NCBI RefSeq assembly: GCF_006345805.1
Contig: NC_043003.1
Coordinates: 2,294,001-2,358,000, forward strand
From: Octopus sinensis
Taxonomy: Eukaryota
Length of the DNA: 64,000 nucleotides
Direction: 5' to 3'
Shown: piece by piece, positions 11,990 to 24,649 of the stretch
How positions within the stretch are numbered: position 1 is the stretch's first letter
How the letters are laid out: each line of letters opens with the position of its first letter
Notes under the pieces: model-generated
What the model was told of the DNA's origin: nothing
Seen by the model: the letters and a program-made list of their open reading frames with translations, nothing else
Databases searched by the model: none
Made by a program: the position numbers and the translations under genes

Positions 11990-12790
11990 TCCAGTAGAAT
12001 TTCTACCCTGAACACTACAGATTTTTCCTGCAATCGGACCTGGACACAATTCCAGCAATGGATCACGGACTGGCAACTGAAGCTGGCTGTGGACAAATGT
12101 ACCACCAGGCATTTTGGGAGGAAAAACCCAGTGTCCACATACTCCGTCCACAACACTAAGTCTTCTTGTGAACGTGACCCAGGCATTACTATCAGCAGCG
12201 ATTTGCGATGGACAAAGCACATCTCTCGAAATGTCACAAAGGCCGAAGGTGTCTTGGCATCACCCAGGAAAACCTTCGCCAGCTGCTCTCCAGCTATCTA
12301 TTTAAGGCTGTATAATAGCTATGGTGTGGCCACACTTGGAATTTGCATCACCAGTCTGGAAACCCTATCTTGCTCTGGATATTGACCTCCTGGAAACTGT
12401 TCAGAGACGTGCAACCAAGCGAATACCCTCCATCATGCATCTACCATACTCTGAACCCCTTGCTTCCCTGGGCTTAGATACATTGAAGTTCTGACATCTG
12501 GCAACTGATTTGGTAAATATCCACAAAATTATTAACCCTCATGCCAACAACAACCTTAAGCACCTTTTTGAGCTCCATGTGTCTAACACATGTGGGCATG
12601 CCTACAAAGTCAGAAAACAGCACAGCACCTCATGACTTCCAGGAACAGTTTTTCACACTCAGTCACTGAAGCATAGAACTACCTGTATCAGTTGTTAGTT
12701 GCTGAGACATTGCATCCTTTAAAACCTGCATGCTTCCTGAAATTCATCAACACCACACCTGACATCCCTCTCTATTCCATATGCACACAC
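11990..12790 (+). mobile_element. Degenerate CR1-type LINE 3' fragment
   Basis: WQLKLAVDKC, RDPGITISSDLRW, DIDLLETVQRRATK across broken frames. Confidence 0.85.
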
Positions 12791-15689
12791 ACCTGTATAT
12801 CACAACTCATACACTGTTCACTTTCCTGACATTTCTACATAATTCTATGTACTGTACATGCACTTTTGATGAGTTGTAGTGCACCTACCTGAGTACTATA
12901 CACAATAATTACATTAATATATATATATATGGTGGGCTTCCATACAGTTTCTGTCTATGAAATCCACTCACAAGCATTGGCCAGTGTGGAGCTATAGCAG
13001 AAAAGTTTCCCAAGGTGCCATGCAGTGGAACTGAACCTGAAACCATGTGGTTACAAAGTGAGCTTCTGAACCACACAGCCCTGCTTGAACATGTTGAGAA
13101 GTCGCTTTTAGCTGATTTGTTAAGATTGCCTTCTGCTCACCTGATCCATTTGTTTTCTGTTAATAAAGCAAACAGCCTTCGTTAACAGTAAAGAAATAGG
13201 TATTTCGTCTGTCTTTGCGTTCAGAGTTCAAAGGCTGTGCCAGACTCCAGTTGGATTTGGTATGGTTTTCTATGGCTGGATGTCCTTCCTAATGCCAACC
13301 ACTCCAAGAGTGTAATGGGTGTTTCTATGTGCCAATTTGTGTGACACCTATATCTGCCATGACTGCAATTTTGCTTGGCTTGATGGGTCTTCTTCTGAAT
13401 CGCTTTAAAAAATCTTCAGTTTTGAAATTTAGATTAAATTGAAAGAATTCATGATAAATATTCTCCAAAGTGCTACAACTGAAATGCAAAACACTGTTCA
13501 GCCATGAACCTCTGCTCATCCTCCCCAACAGCACCCACATTAACTTTGGTCCTTGTGCAGTTTCATGTTTAGTATCTGAGCAAATAACATCAATGTAGTT
13601 TAGCAGTCTTTGTCCTCATTACATTCTAGGAGTGGTTGGTGTTAGGAAGGGCATCCAGCTGTAGAAACCATGCCAAATCAGGTAGGGGTCTGGTGCAGCC
13701 TTCCAGCTTGCCAGCCCTGGTCAAACCGTCCAACCCATGCCAGCATGGACAACAGATGTTAAATGATGATGATAATGATGATGATGATGATAATGAAAAG
13801 CCTTTTTAATCAGTTTCAGCTGTGTGAATAAGCAAAGTAAATATTTGAGGACAATTCATTGATCCATAAGGCTTACCTGTACAGCCTGGCACTGCTATGG
13901 ACTTCAGTCACAAAGTGGGTTTTTTTATTGCTTATTGATATGTTATGGGAGATGGAATATATATATATATAATTTGTTCTTTTATTCTTTTACTTGTTTC
14001 AGTCAAAGACTGTGGCCAAGCTGGGGCAGTGCATTGAAGAAATTTACTTGAATGAATTTACTTCAGTACTTATTTTCTCAAATCCTTTTTACTGAACTGC
14101 TAGGTTATGGGGATGTAAACACACCAACACTGGTTGTCAAGCAGTGGTAAGGAACAAACACAGACACACACATGGTGGGTTTCCTTCAGTTTCCATCTAC
14201 CAAATAGACTCACAAGACATTGATGAACACAGGGCTAAAGTAGAAACAGCCAGAACGTAGCGGCAGACGAACCACCGCCAAGCATTTCACCTGACGTGCT
14301 AACGATTCTCTCAGCTCGCCGCCTTTCTATGTACAACTATTGAGATCTAATTTGTAGTAGTCCTGGTAAAATGACAAGTAAGTCTAAAAATAGACTCTGG
14401 AGTTGTGTGACACGAAGCATCAATCAATTAAGGAAGTGTAGAGCAAAATCTCACCGTTTTAGCAAACAGGGTGTGAATGACACTGAATAGCAGATGGTGC
14501 GATTCCGTTTTCCTTTTCTGAAAAAAAAAAAACACATCACTTAATGGCGGGGAAAAAATGGTGGTGGAAGAAGTTGATCAGCTGTTGTTGAGAAAGTTCA
14601 ACGTGAACAATGGTGGGTTGAAGGACATTGTTATTGCAAACTCGAAAGGATCATCACTGCTTTTGTTGTTGTTGGATTTGATAAGTAACAGCTCAAGGGT
14701 GCAAATCCCATGAGAAAGTTGAGCTTGTTGCTGTAAAAATCATTAATACTTTCTTTATTCTGCCTCAAGATTCATCATCATCATCACCGTTTTAACGTCT
14801 ACTTTCCCGCGCTGGCATGGGTTGGGGGGACTTGTTGAGGAAGTTTTTCTACAGCTGGATGCTCTTCCTGTCGCCAACAGGACATGACTGGCACTTCGCC
14901 AGTAATGTCCCAGTTGATCCAATCAACAGAACAGACTCCTCTTGAAAAATTAACGTGCAAGTGACTGAGTACTCCGCAGACATGCATACCCTTAACGTAG
15001 TTTTCAGGGAGAATCAGCGTGACACAGGATATAACAAAGTAATGTGAAATGAATTGTCTTGCTCAAGGAGACAATGCGCCGCAGAGAATCGATCTCCCGA
15101 CCCTACGATCGTGGATCGAATGCCTCGATAGTATATGAAATATGATACAACAGTGAGATAATACAGGAGAAAGGTGAATTAACGAAAGCAAAATCCTCCA
15201 GAATTTGAAACAATAATAAATTAACATTTCCTGAGACAAGACACCATCACTGTGGTTTCGCTAGTGTGTAATATTTACTTCGTTAGAGAATATAAGTATG
15301 ACCGAAAATATTCAACGGCACAACTACAGTTTGATGCCCCACTCACTTTGTCTTTTCATGAATATTTTTAACAATACGCATGAATCCCTCACTCCCGCCC
15401 CTGCCAAATGCGGTAATTCCTGAAAAATGATATTTTTAAATGGAATTTTCTACAAATATGCTTCTGATGGTGTAAATTCTGATTATATCGAAATATGCGG
15501 GGTAAAGAATTTCGAAAACTTCACACGAGACGGGTTTTTCCTTCAGGAAAATGGGCAACTTTTCATGAAATAAATACTTTTCAGAATGTGTAGATTACGA
15601 TTATATCAGAATTTAATATGAAAAAAAAAAAATTGGTGGGGTCGTAAAGATACATAACAACACTCGTCACACACACACATATATACAAA

Positions 15690-16086
15690 ACTAGCAGTAT
15701 CGCCCGGCGTTGCTCGGGTTTGTTTCGACCCTTTAGAATTGGAATTTTTGAAAAGTAAAAAATTTGCATTATGTAGCTTGTTATTCTCTTTAAGTGAACA
15801 TTTTTCTGATTGAAATACACCGAAAAATGGTGACACAGCAGTCAAAAAATCGTAAAAAACAGGGATTTTCATAGGGAAAAAAAGCACCTTTTTGATGTAA
15901 ATAATTTTTGGTGTTAACATGGTTCGATTTAAATTTTATCTTCTACGGAATGAAGAGCAAGTCTTCTTCTATCATACTCTCAATTTTGGTCAACTTGCGC
16001 CGCAGGGTCTCAGAGAAGATAGTGTTAGTTGAAGGCTACCAAACTTGCCACACACACAGACAACTTCAGCTTTATATATATAGATT
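15690..16086 (+). mobile_element. Non-autonomous Helitron-like element
   Basis: 5' actag..cgcccggcgttgctcggg hairpin; 3' (CA)n..aacttcagctttatatatatagat, the layout of Lep1/DINE-type elements. Confidence 0.6.
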
Positions 16087-17183
16087 ATAGATATTGCTAA
16101 AAAATGAATAGAGAGAAGAGAAGAAAGGTGTCTCAATTGGACGGTCACCACATGTTGATATGGATATATGGGTCAGACCGATATATGTGTGTGTGACCAG
16201 CGTTTGACAACCGGGGTTTATGTCTAGCGCAACTGGCGGTTCGACAAAGAATCCGACTAAAAGATTACTGGTGTCGATCTGTTCGACTAAATCCCTTCAA
16301 TGCGATGCCCCAGCATGGCCACAGTTCAATGACTGAAACAAGTAAAAGATAAATGATACCAATTTCATTTTGGTCATTAATAATATGAACGAGGATAATG
16401 TCAGATTTCTTAACGTGCAATGGTCACGACAAAATTATCAAATAGCTAAAAAAACAGCATTGACTTCTTTTCTTTCTTGAATAAATAAATACGTTAACAT
16501 TTTTTCATCAATATGATCATCATTTACATATCATGTCTGCAAAATCTCATTTAAAAAAACATGCATTAAAGAAGTTAGGAGGAAACAAAATCAGAAAGGT
16601 AGGGCTGGGGCACCAAACTGTAATTATGTTGATCCAGCTGCTATCCGAACAATGAAAGATAAATTAGAAATCTTACCCTTGTTCTCCGTCGCTCACAACT
16701 TGGAATTATTATCTATCAACGAAATCAAACGCAACACACCAGCATTGTCATTGAGCACTTTGTATTTGATTTTACCGCTGAAAATAATTCGAGTTTTCAC
16801 TGGAAGTAATCAGTGTGTGTATTGAGTGTTTCTTAGCCACGATAATACTTATGACCACCAAACCCGATCGTTCAGATAACTTTTGGCCACCAAATTCAAA
16901 AGAAGCTTAGCGTGTATTAACAGTGATGAGCGTGAGGCGTGCCGACCACACAGAGCGGCCACTTCGGAGGGAAGAATGGCAATTTTGAACAAGGGTGGTG
17001 TTACATTTAAAGAACGGAGCGGCCAAAACTCAGGCCATTCCAAATGGGAAACCTCGAACGTTTCCAGTAAATTTCCAAATATCAAATACGGGGAGCGAAC
17101 TGCGGCATTGTCTTTAAAAATAAAATAAATGAAAGGCAACGCTTATCCAACTAATTTGTCCTCAAACAAACAGAATTGCTTTA

Positions 17184-17340
17184 GGTGAAGGCGCGTGGCT
17201 TAATGGTAATGGTGTTACACTCAGGATTGTAAGATTGTGGTTTCGATTCCTGAACCTGTCGATTCGTTGTGTTTTTGAGCAAAACACCTCATTCCACGTT
17301 GCCCCAGTCCACGCGGCTGACAAAAATGTGTGATCCTGCA
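17184..17340 (+). mobile_element. Third tRNA-derived SINE family; related copies on - at about 14900-15125, 20020-20400 and 36430-36620
   Basis: ggcgcgtggcttaatggt..gtttcgattcc..ttgagcaaaacac. Confidence 0.7.
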
Positions 17341-17526
17341 ACGGACCGGTTTCCCTTCCCGCTGGGAAATATATATGCCACAGAATCCGGTCTTATGAGC
17401 CCAAGGCTCGGGGATGACCTGTGGTCCTATTTTTTTTGTTGTTGTAAATATTTCGTTCGTCTCGAAACCGTTGAAATAAAAAACTTCCATCAACAAAAAC
17501 AGAGAGAAAACGGAACGGCGGCAGTG

Positions 17527-17540
17527 GTTGCCATGGCAAT
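17527..17540. promoter_or_regulatory. RFX X-box-like palindrome GTTGCCATGGCAAT
   Basis: 13/14 match to the perfect X-box palindrome GTTGCCATGGCAAC, about 250 nt upstream of the ZnT7 ATG. Confidence 0.55.
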
Positions 17541-17614
17541 GGCAGAGCTACTCCCCGCATTTTTCGAAGCTAGCATTTTTCGTTCAGCCGCAGATTCGAG
17601 ACGAAAACATCATT

Positions 17615-17625
17615 TTCCGGAAGTG
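17615..17625. promoter_or_regulatory. ETS-type site TTCCGGAAGTG
   Basis: CCGGAAGT core with TTCCGGAA palindrome in a CpG-rich segment upstream of exon 1. Confidence 0.5.
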
Positions 17626-17780
17626 ATAACTCTCTCTTTGCAACAAGGCGACAACTGACAAATGTCCAACAGAATAAATAAAGATATGATTCGATGAGTA
17701 TGCCGCCCGTTCTCAGTTTTTAAACCCCAGTCAAGCAACATTCTAGTCCGCAGCATTTAGTTTGAATCGGAAAGAGCATC

Positions 17781-17857
17781 ATGCTTCCCCAACACATCCA
17801 CGACAGCGAATATAGGCCAGGATGGTTCCTCAAAGAGAAATTCTACGCATGGCTAAG
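17781..17857 (+). CDS. SLC30A7: ZnT7 zinc transporter exon 1 (MLPQHIHDSEYRPGWFLKEKFYAWL-R)
   Basis: ATG start; donor AG|GTGAGC; resembles the N-terminus of human ZnT7 as recalled (MLPLSIKDDEYKP...GWFR); phase 2 fits exon 2. Confidence 0.88.
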
Positions 17858-18453
17858 GTGAGCGATTTTATCTGTCAACTTTGTCGTACACGTGGCATTC
17901 AGGCACACACAACACAAGAAAAACAACACTCGACCGCTTTCTTCTTACCTGTCCACCTATTTCTCACCTCACCTTTGCAACTATTTCATTAGCATTTCTC
18001 CAATTAATCAAATATTTGGCCAATTCTTTCTTTAATCTTTCACATCTTGTTTCAATTAAAACAGATATTTTATCCTATTTTCTCCCCAAATTTATTTCAG
18101 TTTAATATTTATTGATTTATAAATGAATTAACATCGAACAGTCCGTTCTTAAAATTACTTTTGAAACTTATTTAATTCACCCAAAAACTCCGTTAATCCT
18201 TTCTATAAACTAACATATGTAATTCCTTGTCTTCTTCACAATTATTTATTTACTCAATCCAAATGTTTTAGGCACGAATTAATTTAATTTTCTCAATATA
18301 TTTAAATGTAGACGGCAACAATTACAATTCTTTGGATTTAAACGGGTCTTGTAAAAAAAAAACTAAAATAAAACAAAAACCCCAAAACCACAAAAACAAA
18401 CTTTCAGACAACTTTTATGTAAGATTCTAAATTATTAATATTTTTATTTGCAG

Positions 18454-18555
18454 GTTAATATTTTCCGAAAAAACCTCAAGAAACATATTTTTGTTTCTTT
18501 TATTAAATCTGTCATTTGCATTTGTGGAATTAATTTATGGCGTGTGGACGAACAG
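18454..18555 (+). CDS. SLC30A7: ZnT7 exon 2 (LIFSEKTSRNIFLFLLLNLSFAFVELIYGVWTN-S), TM1
   Basis: tttgcag acceptor, GTTTGT donor, 102 nt; carries the ZnT7 motif LNLSFAFVELxYG. Confidence 0.96.
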
Positions 18556-20719
18556 GTTTGTTACCGTTTTTAATTTATTGTAGAAAAAAAAACCTCATCT
18601 TTTAAAATAAAGTTTGGTTCAGTAACAGAAATGTTTTGATGGGAATTAAAGTATTTCGATCTGTTATATATATATGATTTATGTCACCGTTACTTCTGTT
18701 CTATCGATTTTAAAAGGCAACATCTGTTGTGACGAATTTATTTGGAGTTGTGAAGAAGAAAAACCTAGAATTTAAACTTATAAAAAGGGAAGCATTTAAT
18801 TGTGAAGATAAAATATATTCTACGGATTTACTTTATCGTTTTAAAGCTTATTTAACCTTCTATTGACTTTCTTTGATTAATTAGAGATATTAATGGTTAA
18901 CCGGCAATCTTTTGATTTTATTATATTTGCGATGTTCGTTGCATTAATTGATTTTCTTATTCAATAGTTGAGAAAGTTAATTTAAATTTTGCTCAGCAGC
19001 CAAAACTAGTTCAAAGCATCTGACGAATATTGGAGGCTTGTCTTGAAATAATAATGAGAATAAGAAAAAGAAGTCTAAGATAAAATGTTTGGTAATCTTT
19101 TTTAAAGAAATATTTTGCTTAGAGCTTTTGATAATTCTAATATTTATTTCTGTAACAATATGATAATATAGTTTACTGTGATAACAGTAAATGTTCATAT
19201 TTCTTTGTGGCTTTTGATAAACAACAGACATTCTTCAAGTAATACCAAACCATCGCATCCTGGATTGATTTTGAAATTGGAGCAGTTTTGTGTTTTTGCT
19301 TTCGTCTAAGATTACCGTTAAATGTTTTATGTATTTCATATGATCGCCAGTTTTGCAGTTGAATGTATTGTGTTTGCCAAGATGAATGGGTTTAGGACAT
19401 TTTCTATGCGAACGGACGGAACTTGACGTTTCTTGTCTGTCTGTGAGTAACAACCACATACCAACAGACATTTATTATGTTGTTTATATCTACTGATCAA
19501 TTCTGATACAATAAAAAAAATGTATTCTCCCTAAAACTATCACATCTGTCTAAGGATTTCTAAGACTACATTATCCAATGTGTATTTTCCCTTCTCAAGA
19601 CGGAGTATTATTTGAATGAAGTTTGGCTTCTCTTTCTAGCAGATCTAAAGACCACGTAAAAACTCCTTCGTTGGTTTGTCGTTAATGTGAATCTTTAGAT
19701 TCTGTTCTTTGTATTTTTGGTCCCAGTCTGTTGCCTTCGCCCGAAGACGTTTCCCCGTCGCAGTGGCCACGGATTGCTGTTTAACGGACACTTTGTACAG
19801 CTGTGATGGTCTTCCAAATATCTTCATCTGTTGATTTTGTTAAAATCGATTTCGCTGCTCACCTCCTTTTTGCATATTGACAGCTTATTGACTTTTAAGT
19901 TGTTATAAAAAGTTTTGGCTTAACTCTTAAATTGATTCGGGGATTATTCATTCGTTTGTTGACGTTCTCCTTCGAAAAGTTGAACTCCTAGAATATTTTA
20001 TTGCTATTGACACGCAGTAGTCTGAGAGCGAGAGAGGGAATACTTAGAAATAAGCTGACCAGGGGTCGAGCGATGCTGTCCTGTATGGAAAGAGATCGCT
20101 TCTGGCGCTGTTAGAAAACTGTCACCCCATCGGTCATGACGACGAGGGTCCCAGCTGATCCGATCAACGGAACTGCCTGCTCGTGAGATTAACGTGCAAG
20201 TGGCTGAGCACTCCTCAGACACGCGTACTTTAACATAGTTCTTAAGGTGGGTGAGCGTGACACAGGATGTGAGACAAGGCTGGCCCTTTGAATCACTGAT
20301 AAGCTAGCTAAATTGACTGAAGCAACGTGAAATAAATAAAGTGTCTTGCTCAAGGAGACAACGCGCCAGGTATCGAACTGACGACCTTACGATCTAAGCG
20401 ACCCGGCTTTACCTGCTGTTAAAAATATGGCCAGGTGACAGTTGTGTATCTGGGAAGGCGATATTTCTTGTGTCGTGGCTAATATATGCACCGAGTATTT
20501 CTTGGCAATTTTAAGCCTCGGTGGAAATACGTCATTTCTCTAACAACTCCGTGAGATCCGTAATGGTGTCTCTATCCCACACGTGGGAAAGTATTACTGC
20601 TGGTTCACATAGAAAATATCCTAGATCACGTTCGACGAAAAGGACCACTTGAATCATTGACAAGAAGTCGTTCACCAACAAGTTCCTGTCTGGTTCCCAG
20701 CCAGAACTTACTCTGCCCC

Positions 20720-20788
20720 CCCTCTCTCTCTCTCTTTATTTCTTTCTCTCTCTCTCTCTCTTTCTTTCTCTCTCTCTCTCTCTCTCTA
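20720..20788. repeat. (CT)n microsatellite
   Basis: Direct reading. Confidence 0.95.
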
Positions 20789-21036
20789 CTATTGAAGTGA
20801 TCTCCCTTTCTTTGGAAATGACCGGTTTTGTCCAACTCATTCATCTCGTGTCACTCATTTCACGCTCATCTCCCCTTCCTAACTCTCACTAACCCCTTGT
20901 CCCATTGCTTCATCCCATGACCATCACCTTTCACTGGAATGCCTCCTCTACCTGTGTTGTTATCAACAAAGACTGAACAGATTTATGAGCAAATGTAGGC
21001 CATCGGTGACGACCATCCCATTGTTTATGAATACAA

Positions 21037-21250
21037 TACGAAGGGGCTGCTGAAAAGTCCCTGGCTTTGGGTGAAAGAAAATCTCTTAATTATGGTTTTA
21101 TCCAACATATTCCCCCTCTCAGATTCATATACTTATTGCAGTGGCCCTTCAGTTTTTTCTGAGCCCTGTAAAAGAACTCAGAAGGCTGGGCCTCCAGCCA
21201 GGCCTTTCGAAACACCCTTTAAGCCAGGAACTTTCCAGCAACCCCTTGTA
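21037..21250. mobile_element. Mariner-type MITE
   Basis: ~30-bp TIRs tacgaaggggctgctgaaaagtccctggctt / aagccaggaactttccagcaaccccttgta; TA ends. Confidence 0.85.
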
Positions 21251-24200
21251 TATCTTAAGACCACATTATTCAGTATGTTGTATGGTTGTTTTTAAAATAC
21301 TGTGATTTGAGGGAAGCTTGGCTGTTGTTTCTACCTGTTTAAGAGACTTTACTGAGGCTACTCCATTGTCCCCTGTAGCTGTTCAAATGAGGACTTCTGA
21401 AGGTCATAGGTACAACCCCTTTCTTCAGATCAAACCTATGTCATAATCATTTAATGTCTGTTTTCCATGCTGACCTGGGTTGGATGGCTTCACAGGAGCG
21501 GGCAAGTCAACTGCATCCAGCTCTGTTATCCGTTTTGGCAGGGTTTCTCTGCCTTTCCTAATGCCAACCACTTTAAAGAGTGGACCGAATGCTTTTCATG
21601 TAGCACCAGTACCAGTGGGTTCACCAAGTAACTTGCAAGACAAAGATACCTCAGCTGGGAGAGGGAGTCGTGCTGAGGAAGATGGCTTTGTTCCAGTTGA
21701 GAAGTTAAAGAATAATTGAAGGATAAACATATCTTACTGTGGGAGGAGATACTTGGTCTCCTTAAAAGGAAAAGAGAGAAAGATAGAGAGAGACTGACAG
21801 AGTGAGAGAAATAGTGTTGGAGATGCATTGGGACATCTCTACGAGATGCAGTGAGGGGAGCATAAGTGGTACGGAGGGGGAAGTTGCATAAGAGTGTGAG
21901 GAGAGATGTTTGGAGATGGGGAGAAGTCACTGCAGCAAGTGATAGTGGGTGGGTGGGACTGTGGTAGATATGTGAGGGCTTAGAGAGAGAGTGTGGATTG
22001 GCACGTGAGGGAGAGTGGAATGGTTTGCAGCAGGTGGTAGGATGGAGGAAGAGGTGGGAAAATAGGTTGAGTAGTTTTGACAGACGACAGGTTGTTTGTG
22101 GGTGGGAAGGCATGGCTGTAAAGGACATGCCTCTATGTAAGGCCACGATTCTACTTGGCCTTCTCAAGCACAATAAATCACTCGATGTTTCAGTCTCTTG
22201 TCATCTGCTCTGTGCTTGCATAAGTCACAAAGTTTTTTAAGGGAGATGGCAGGATGCTCTTCCTGCCATCAACCCTCATCTGTTTCCAAGCAATGTAATA
22301 TTTCTCCCATGGTTCTCCCAGAGAATTGGAAATGATTTTGTTTTCTATGACAGTGACACGCATTTTAAAACTATCATGTGATATTGAGTCAAGGAGTCAC
22401 GTCACACGTACACCATTATCAGCATCATTGTCATCCAGTGCCAGTTCCGCATCCTTGCATGTGTTGGCCACTTTGACAGGATCCAGCAAGCTGTGCCGCT
22501 GCACTGAGCTTCGGTGCCAGCTTTGGCATGGCGCGAGGTGGGTGGCAACCTTATGCCAGAACAGAACTGGTTTGTCGCTGTAGAGGAGCTGTGTGACTCC
22601 TGATATTTTAGAAGAGAAAGCGGAAGTGATTGAATGGAGCCAGAGAGTGGTGGGAGTAGGGGATGACTGACAGTATGGAACAGCAGAATGGGAATGAGGA
22701 AACAGTAGACAGGAGAAGGGCGAAAGAGGGATGATGTTGGGTAAGTTACAGGTGTGGGTGGATAAGAGAGATGCAGAGGTAGTGCACAGGGGGGGAGGTG
22801 AGAGATGTATGATGTGGTGGGGGTGTATCATCCAGCTGTAAAAACTTCAGTCAAAACTAATGTGCCATTCGTTAATATCTGAATTCCTTCAACAATGTTG
22901 ATGCTTCTGTGCTACTGTTAAGGAGCAAGTAATCTTGGCAGCATCGTTAACTTCAGGCAAAGTAAATGTTGGGATGAAGTGCTAAGCTAAGAAATGGTAA
23001 AGTTGTTAGAGAAGTGATGAATTGCTGTCTGCTACAACTCTGAGGGGAAAGATCATTGGTTAAATTCATTATCAGTTGGCATCCATACTCTATGCTGGTA
23101 CGGGTTGGAAGGTTTTGACAGGATCCAATGGGCCCAAGGACTGCATTGTGCTCTACTATCAGCTTTGGCATGGTTTTCAACAGCTGGATGCCCTTCCTAA
23201 TGCCCACCACTTTACAGTGTGTCCTGGGTACTTCTTTCATGCCACCATTGCTAGTGATGTCACCAAGCAGCTTGCAAGACTGTGAACCCCGACGAAGGTG
23301 GGCAACTTTATGCTAAGAGAATAAAGAGTAGAAAGGTGTAAAATATTAATAAAAGGGCCAGAGCAGAAAGGGTTTCTTGCTATAGGATGAGACAGTGAAA
23401 TTGATGTAAGTAGGTGAATAATTGAATTATTGCTTAAGTCATTGAAGTTATCCTCAAAAGCTGAAACCTGGTCCAGATGCTTGCAGCAGAGTGGACTCTG
23501 TTAAAGTCACCCCAAAACAAGATGATGGATAAGTCTACCACAGTTATTTAGCTGTACAATGAAAATAGGAAGCATAAAGTATTTTGCATTGCAGGACTGT
23601 GTTTAAGAGGTTGCTGAACAAAGAGTGTAAATGGGATAGGAAACTCCTTGCAATGGAGTTTGAGATTACTGGTGCCACATAAAAAGCACCTGTGTTGATG
23701 CCATGTAAATAGCAACTGTGCTGCCCCCACAAAAAAGCCAGCGTTGAGCTAGTGCCTTGTAAGAATCACCTGAGCTGGCACCATGTAAAATGCACGCATG
23801 CTGGTGCCATGTGAAAAGCACCCAATACACTCTGTAAAGTGGTTGGCATTAGGAGGGACATTCCACCATAGAAACTACCAGAACAGGTGACTGGAGCCTG
23901 GTGCAGTTCCCTGGCTTGCCAGCTCCTTGTCAAGCCATCCAACCCATGCCAGCATGGAAAACAGACCTTAAATGATGATGGTGATGGTTCAAAGCAATTG
24001 GACTCTTGAAGCCAAAACTGCAGGGCTGAACAGCTGAAATGTTTATTGAAAACTTCAAAGGAAGTTGCTATCATTTTAATCGATAAGAATTTAGAGTAAA
24101 TTTTCATTCTAAAAGGCTGTTGTTGCAAAGGTGAAAACAATGCATTGAACTTCGTTAAATGACACTAGTTACATTCATTAATGTAGTGAAATGTGCTCTA

Positions 24201-24649
24201 ACACCTACTTCCCAATTGTTTGTAAGATGAAAACAATGCAGAGACTGGGAGGTCTTGTCTTTAAAACCAGCTGATCACATCTCTAACTTTTATTTTCCCA
24301 AACATTTCCATTGGCAGAGCTTATTGTGGTTATCTCCCTTATTCATTTTAGATTTTAAACACTCTCAAAGGGAGCTTTTGTTTATGTATTGCTTAGATAA
24401 TCTCAATTAAACGAAGGTTTTTCAATTTGCTAATATTACTTAATTGGAAGGCATGTGGCATGTCACAAGATTGTGGTTTCAATACTCAGATTGGGTTGTG
24501 CATTGTTTTTTAGCAAATCACTCAGCTGTAAAATGTGTAACCCTGTGGAGGAGTGGCATCCCATCAGACAGAGAAAATGTTGCAATGTTGGTCACTGGTG
24601 CACATGAGAAACCAGCTCCAAGAGTCTCAGAACCTGAAGCAGTAACGTT

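Noticed and set aside
16849-17139. ORFs on both strands upstream of the promoter (also 17269-17658)
   Set aside because: No recognisable domains; the latter overlaps a SINE and starts at a non-ATG codon.
17184-17270. Genuine tRNA genes at SINE heads (also 9279-9333, 30581-30650, 48641-48730)
   Set aside because: A/B boxes are present, but there is no complete cloverleaf and each continues into a repeat body.
21526-22831. Ser/Pro/His/Leu-rich minus-strand ORFs
   Set aside because: Composition follows from GA-rich low-complexity sequence, possibly a very old LINE; no diagnostic motif could be confirmed.
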